Assembly (NCBI RefSeq): GCF_006345805.1
Contig: NC_043004.1
Span: forward strand, 82,584,001-82,648,000
Direction of reading: 5' to 3'
DNA length: 64,000 nucleotides
From: Octopus sinensis
Lineage: Eukaryota
The stretch's first letter is position 1, and every line of letters begins with the position of its first letter. A model generated the notes under the pieces. The model was not told the DNA's origin and made no database searches. It saw only the letters and a program-made list of their open reading frames with translations. The position numbers and the translations under genes are program-made. Shown piece after piece: positions 57,543-64,000 of this stretch.

Positions 57543-57925
57543 GAAGCACTCCGTCGGTTACGACGACGAGGGTTCCGGTTGATCCGAATCAACGGAACAG
57601 CCTGCTCGTGAAATTAACGTGTAAGTGGCTGAGTACTCCACAGACACGTGTACCCTTAACGTAGTTCTCGGGGATATTCAGCGTGACACAGAGAGTGACA
57701 AGGCCGGCCCCTTGAAATACAGGTACAACAAAAACAGGAAGTAAGAGTGAGAGGAAGTTGTGGTGAAAGAGTGCAGCAGGGATCACCACCATCACCTGCT
57801 GGAGCCTCGTGGAGCTTTAAGTGTTTTCGCTCAATAAACACTCACAACGACCGGTCTGGGAATCGAAATCGCGATCCTACGACCGCGAGTCCGCTGCCCT
57901 AACCACTGGGCCATTGCGCCTCCAC
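57543..57925 (-). mobile_element. tRNA-derived SINE sharing its 3' tail with the SINE at 43141
   Basis: Minus-strand head ggaggcgcaatggcccagtggttagg...ttcgattccc; tail gttaatttcacgagca.gctgttccgttgat...cgtcgtcgtaaccg. Confidence 0.85.
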
Positions 57926-57948
57926 GTATTTATGTATATGTATATATG

Positions 57949-58000
<52 letters not shown>

Positions 58001-58009
58001 AAGTTAATC

Positions 58010-58235
58010 TAAACAAGAAAACACAAAAAACAACAAAAAACACAACAACGCGAGGACGTGGAACAAATAAATTATTATTGGACGCTCAGGAAAGAAGGGA
58101 AGAAGGAGGGTTTAACGTTTAGAGCGGAGCTCTTCGTCGGAAACATAGGAGAAGGAAAGATCCCGAGAGGGGAAGACAGAGGGAAAAAATCACCAACGGT
58201 ACTCACGAGGTCACATATTGAAAGACCGGAAGTAT
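58010..58235 (-). mobile_element. Penelope-type terminal fragment
   Basis: Minus strand ccgacgaagagctccgctc.aaacgttaaa...cctgagcgtc resembles 21336-21400. Confidence 0.6.
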
Positions 58236-58265
58236 ATATATATATATATATAACGGGAAGCTTTA

Positions 58266-58299
<34 letters not shown>

Positions 58300-58300
<1 letters not shown>

Positions 58301-61300
58301 CTTAGAAAGGTTTTGGCCAGTATTGCCCCAGGTCATATCTAACTTAATAGCACCACCTGGCGAAGTCTTTCAATTCAGGATTTGGGCACCAAGGCCCATT
58401 CGAGCAGAGAGTTATTGTTTGCGGAGACATATCAGGTGTGGGTGGTTTATCCGGGACTGTTTGAAGGAATTTGTCCAAAGACTTCTTGAATTTTGTGTGG
58501 TCAGTTTCTGTTTTGAGGTGTCCTGGTGTAATGTTGAAGAGAGCGGGTCCAATTGAGGTGAAATAATTGTGCCGTATTGTTGTTATGAGATGCGATTTAG
58601 ATTTTTGCTGTGGACGGATGGCACGGGGTATAAGTCTTGGATGTATTTTGAAGGTGATACCAACATCATTTGGACAGTGCTGATGGAATATTTTCCACAT
58701 CATACAGATAATGTAGCGTTCACGGCGTCGTTAGAGTGAATACAGTTTCAGCTTTTCCAGTCGACCCCAGTAGTCGAGGTCTGACATGCCATCTATCTTT
58801 TTCGTGATTGACCTTTGGAGAACTTCAACTTTCATAATATTCCGTTTCGTGTAGGGAGACCACAGTGGACAGCAGTATTCAAGGTGAGGTCGGGCAAAAG
58901 TGGAGAAGAGAAGGATAATGGTTCGGGAATCTCTCGACTGGAAGGTTCTGAGAATCCAGGAACACATTCTGCGGGCCATGTCGACTTTGCTGCTTATATG
59001 TGTAGCCCAGCTTATGTTGTTGTCCACAGTTACTCCAAAGTCTCTGATGTTGTCAGACGCCATGAGAATTTCACCAGAAGGAAGGGAGTATGGGAGTTTC
59101 AGAGCGTCCTCTCTTCCAAAGTGGATCAATTCGAATTTGTCTTCGTTTAGCAACATGTTGTTCTTTTCCACCCATTGGACAACAGCCAGTGGGTCTGACT
59201 GAAGGTTTATCCAGTCATCCACGCCATTGATGATCTTCTGGAGCTTGGAATCATCAGCGAAGATTCTGATGTTACTGTGTTTGATGATGTCACTGATGTC
59301 ATTAATGTAGATGATGAAGAGAAGTGGGTCCAACACGGTGCCTTGTGGGACACCACTACTGACTTTGGCTGGGCTGGAATTGACCCCTTCAACTATAACA
59401 TGTTGGGTTCTGTTTGACAGGAAGCCCTTGATCCACTGCAGTAGCTTTCCAGTGACACCAATATTGGACAGCTTTATCAAAAGGATCTTATGATAAACCC
59501 TCTGAAAGGGCTTGCTGAAATCAAGGTAGATAACATCAGTTTTGGAACCCTCTTCCAAGGCTCTCAAAATGTCATCGAAGTGATGCAGTAGCTGCGTCAA
59601 GCAATCCCTTCCATTATGGAATCCATGCTGGTTGGAGTTCAGCATATTATGACTCTCAAGGAAGTGAGTCATACGCGATCTCACCACTCTCTCAAATACC
59701 TTAATGATATGAGAGGTGAGTGAGATTGGACGGTAATTCACGGCAAGGGATTTGTCTCCTTTTTTGAAAACTGGGACAACAGACTGGGATAGAAGGTTTT
59801 CTGGTATATATCCAGCATCCAGCATCCGCCACAGATAGGCTAGAGTGGGTGCAAGTTGGTGTTGACACATCTTCAAGACACAAGCAGGGAACCTATCGGG
59901 ACCTACTGTTGAATTATGCTTCATTTCCTTTATTGCTGCTAAGACATCAGGAGCGCCAAAGGTTATGTCCGATAAAGTGTATTGGGGTGTAACATCACTG
60001 ATAGAGCCCTGATCAGCCATATCAGGATTGCTGAAAACAGAGCAGTATTGTTTCTGGAACATCTCTCCCATGGTTTTAGCATTTTCTTGAAGAGTACCAT
60101 TTTCATCAATCAGAGGGCCAACAGTAGAGCCAGTAACTTTGTGTTTTTTTGCAAATGAGAAGAACACTTTGGGATTAAGTTTGATCTTCTCAATGGCCCA
60201 GGCCTCTTCAGCTCTTCTCTGACTATTGATGATAAACATCATGTTATTTTGGAGGTTATGTTTTTTAATCTCTAGTGACGTGATGGCAGTCAGGTTGGTG
60301 TGTTGCTGTTGACAGTATTTCAGCTTACTCTTTACTCTCTTTTACTCGTTTCAGTCATTTGACTGCGGCCATGCTGGAGCACCGCCTTTAATCGAGCAAC
60401 TCGACCCCGGCACTTATTCTTTGTAAGCCCAGTACTTATTCTATCGGTCTGTTTTGCCGAACCGTTAAGTGACGGGGACGTAAACACATCAGCATCGGTT
60501 GTCAAGCAATGCTAGGGGGACAAACACAGACACACAAACACAAACACACACATATATATATATATACAGATATACGACGGGCTTCTTTCAGTTTCCATCT
60601 ACCAAATCCACTCACAAGGCTTTGGTCGCCCCGAGGCTATAGTAGAAGATACTTGCCCAAAGTGCCACGCAGTGGGACTGAACCCGGAACCATGTGGTTG
60701 GTAAACAAGCTAATTACCACACATCCACTCCTGCGCCTATGTTGATTTTTTTGTTAATTCTTTTAATTTTCCCGATGAGAGTTTTTCTATTTCTAGGGAT
60801 TCTGCACTTAGATTTGTTTGCAGATCTTAATGGGGTGTGTTTTGCACATATGTTCGTAATGGTTTCTACAAATGACTGGCAGGACTTTTTGATGTTTTTG
60901 ATGTTAGTGGGTGTGTATGTGTGCGTGAAGGACCAATCGACTTGTGCAAGATCATTACTGATCACTTCCCAGTTTGCGTTGTGGAAATCCATAGAGTCAA
61001 ATGGATGGACAGGAGGGATGACGTTCGTTTTGCATTTTGGCCGGTGAAATCTCAGATCACGGAGAACCATGTCATGATCAGAGAGTAGAGTTTTCTCCAC
61101 TGCAATATTGTGGATAGTATCAGTGAGATTGCTGAAAATTACGTCTAGGACGTTTATGTGACATCTCGTTGGTTCGAGCACCAGTTGGGACAGGAAGAAA
61201 TCATCCATGAAATCATGAAGCGATTCCACTGTCTCGCTGTCAGGGGTTGAGACAGAAGAACCTGGCGGCAGACTGTTTGTAGACCAGTCAACTCCAGGGA

Positions 61301-62694
61301 GATTGAAGTCCCCCATCATTAAGATGTTGTCAGATTGATACTGCCGAATGAAACACTTTATGTTTTTGAGGCATTCCTTGAAGCATGGTAGGGGCGTTTG
61401 GGGTGGTCTGTAGAGCCCAACTACTATTAAGTTGTTGGTTTGACTGAATACAGCGAATGCTTCGCAGTATCCATTGGAAAATATGTCCATAGCCTCTGTT
61501 GAGAAAGAATCATGTACATAAATGGCAGTCCCACCCTTTCTTCTGCCAGCACGATCAGCACGAATGGCTTTGAAATTTTTAACTTTTACCTCGGCTTCCA
61601 AGTGGAGGTTACTAAGATGGGTTTCGGTGAGGACGAAGAAAGGGGTGTGGTTTGGATGGGCATCAACCCAGTCCTCCAGGAATTTTATTTTCCATTTTTG
61701 AGTATTGGTGGTAGGGCTGATGCCTTGGGCGTCAAGCAAAAATGTTGAGGCGAGAGTGGATGGTTTTAATTGTTTTGGTGTTTTGCTTATTTGTTTGCTT
61801 TTTAATGGCATGTGCAGTGGGGTGATAGTGGTGGATGGTGGTGGGTTATAGCTCGGATATTTTTTCCAGTTCTTTTGCTAGATTCATTATAGCTAAAAAA
61901 GAGTTTCCTGTCTAGGGAACTGTAGGTGACTGTGGTTGTGGTTATTTTTATATGAGTGGTTATTTCTATATGAGTCGTAGGTTTTTTTGCTTTTATTTTT
62001 ATTTATATTATCATTTGTCCGACGAGTCCCCGGGAGATGGGTAAAGGGGCAATCCCTGTGCAAACACAATCTGTCTCGCTGGAAATAGCGGCAGATTTGG
62101 GGATTCCTTGTTTGATATATTGGTGGCTGTAGTGGTGTTGTAATAGAGTATGTATTATGGTGGTGGTTGTTGTAGTTTGTGGGGATAGAGCGTTTTGTTC
62201 CAGGTAAATGGGTGAATTTGCAGTCTCTATCAGTGCATAATTTATGGCGAGGAGAATATCGGCAAATGATGGGGTTTCGAGTTGGTGTGTAGGTGCGTGT
62301 GTGAGTTGTGAGAGGTGTAGATGATAGTTTGTTGAGGTTTTGGCGACCTTTGTGACCTGTAGGAGGTAGACTCCTTGAGATAGCATTAGTAGTAGTTGTA
62401 GTAGTAGTAGCAGGCAGAAGAGATGTTGACTGATGATGATTGAGGAGGTGGATTCCATGAGATAGCGGTAGACAAAGATGTTTGTGGATTGATAGTGGGT
62501 GTAGTACTAGTAGTAGTAAGCAGAGGAGATGATGTTGACAGTGATCATGATTGAGCTGCTGGGGCAGTGAAAAGAAGAGGTGGTGCTTCCTGCTGTGTTA
62601 CCCTGATGACTGGGGGGGGGGGGTCAATCGTTTCGTTTAGCAAATCGGCCATTGTAGATGAATCAAGGAGTGGTTCATACTGTTGTTGTTGAGG

Positions 62695-62726
<32 letters not shown>

Positions 62727-63075
62727 GCGCCGGTGATGCGTTCGAAGAGAAAACACATCTCAGTTTATCGAAGTGTTTATTAATTTAAAAGCAACTTAGA
62801 TTTGCTTTAATTTATTTTGTATCTGCAGTTCAGATCGAGTTTGCAAATGGTGAACTGTTCGTTTAGCAATTTCGTTCAGACACGAAGCACCGATGTTTTC
62901 TGTTTGGGTAAGGCAATGCCATGTGTTGATAAGAACGTCGATTTCATTATCAGACCGGTTTTTGTTGGATTTTTGGTGGCTAGCCATTCTGGTGGATATG
63001 TTTTATTAAATTTTAATTTGTTCGTTTGTTTTGTTGATTATTTTTATTTATTTAAGGAGAAGTATGTAGAATAGA
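58300..63075 (-). mobile_element. Near-full-length CR1-group LINE (CCCH ORF1 remnant, APE, RT), interrupted by a SINE
   Basis: APE ORF 60714-61811 (LTETHL, YRPP, MGDFN, LDV, SDH); RT ORF 58731-60242 (YRPISLTS, GVPQGTVL, FADD); two C-x8-C-x4-C-x3-H fingers at 62020-62280. 5' boundary approximate. Confidence 0.88.
60325..60740 (-). mobile_element. tRNA-derived SINE with internal (TA)/(TG) repeat, nested in the LINE
   Basis: Minus-strand head ataggcgcaggagtgg.tgtgtggtaa...ggttcagtccc; (AAAGAGT)-like tail; separates the APE and RT ORFs. Confidence 0.85.
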
Positions 63076-63149
63076 TTGTACAGAATGTTTGCTGTAATAC
63101 TGAGAAATTTGGATTTGAATTATGAGCAGTTATTTTATCTTTCTTTTCT

Positions 63150-64000
63150 TTTCTTTTTTTTCCCTCTTTTCTAATTTTTAATGTGTGGGTGATCCTTTAG
63201 TTATCAGAAGGTGTTGACGAAGTGTATATATAAATAAATACTCTCTTATAGGAGTGTGTGGTTTTGTTTATTTGGTCGTTTGAAATTTATGAAAATAATT
63301 TGTAGTGAAAGAAAAGTCTAATCACGAGTTGGGAAAACGCGTGGTTTCAAATATAGAGGAATATATGTGATGGTCAATTTCATATGTTACAAAAAGGAAA
63401 TAGAGGCTACACGTGGAAATGTAAGGGGAAAGTAAGTACAAAAATAAGCGAAAATGCACATTGGAAACCAAAAATAAGTAAAGGCTTTTTATGAAAACTA
63501 ACGATAGATATATACATTTAGATGAACTGAGGTAGGAATAAAAGTAATAAAAGTCATTATTGTGAATTGTTAAAGAGATTCAAAAGCATACCGGTTTCGT
63601 GTATTTGCTAATCATTGCTTTGAATGCACACTGATTAATGAACGATGTCACGTCTACTAGTCCCTGAGTAAAACGATTATGTGTAAGGGAGGTAATTAGT
63701 TCTGGATTTGGTGCAATTAGGGTAGATATAATGTGAATGGTGTATGGGATATATGGGGGTCAGTGGTATTAACTGAAAGGTCAGTAGTGTTCTGTATTAT
63801 GTTATGTGATCATATTGAGTTGTGGAAGATATTTATTGATGAAAGTTTCCTCTTTATTCTTTTGTTGTTGTACTGAGGTGTTCTGTGTACATTGATAGAA
63901 GGGGAAGATTAGGAAATTAGGATTAAGATTCCTAGCTTACCTTTCTATGTGTTCACTGACCTGTATCTCTCTGTATTGGAGGTGGGGAATTTGGAGAGTG
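63150..64000 (-). mobile_element. 3' end of a Penelope-like element (continues beyond the window)
   Basis: Minus strand of 63805-64000 translates to YREIQVSEHIER*ARNLNPNFLIFPFYQC..KEETFINKYLPQLN, homologous to the C-terminus of ORF 22776-23144. Confidence 0.75.

Overview
AT-rich, microsatellite-dense animal genomic DNA; the SINE families and (TA)n/(TATG)n load suggest an octopus/cephalopod (inference). The backbone is a segmentally duplicated array of 8 paralogous ~0.95-kb exons, each encoding (or formerly encoding) a ~313-aa protein with 6 hydrophobic segments resembling TM1-TM6 of the gustatory-receptor-like (GR/GRL, 7TM ion-channel) superfamily. Six copies keep an upstream block and ATG (two are 5'-truncated); seven end at the same phase-0 donor (TCG/CCG|GTAAGT, GTACGT in one; copy 5 is cut before it). 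No convincing TM7 (TYxxxxxQF) exon was found in the window. Only copy 1 (3907-4845) is intact; the others carry stops, frameshifts, truncations or an inversion. A remnant of a more divergent paralog may also be present. The array is invaded by R4/Dong-type RLE LINEs at one paralogous (TAA)n tract, CR1-type LINEs, tRNA-derived SINEs, and Penelope-like elements whose palindromic or tandem termini carry several hammerhead ribozyme motifs. All family calls come from motif recognition by eye; no searches were run.
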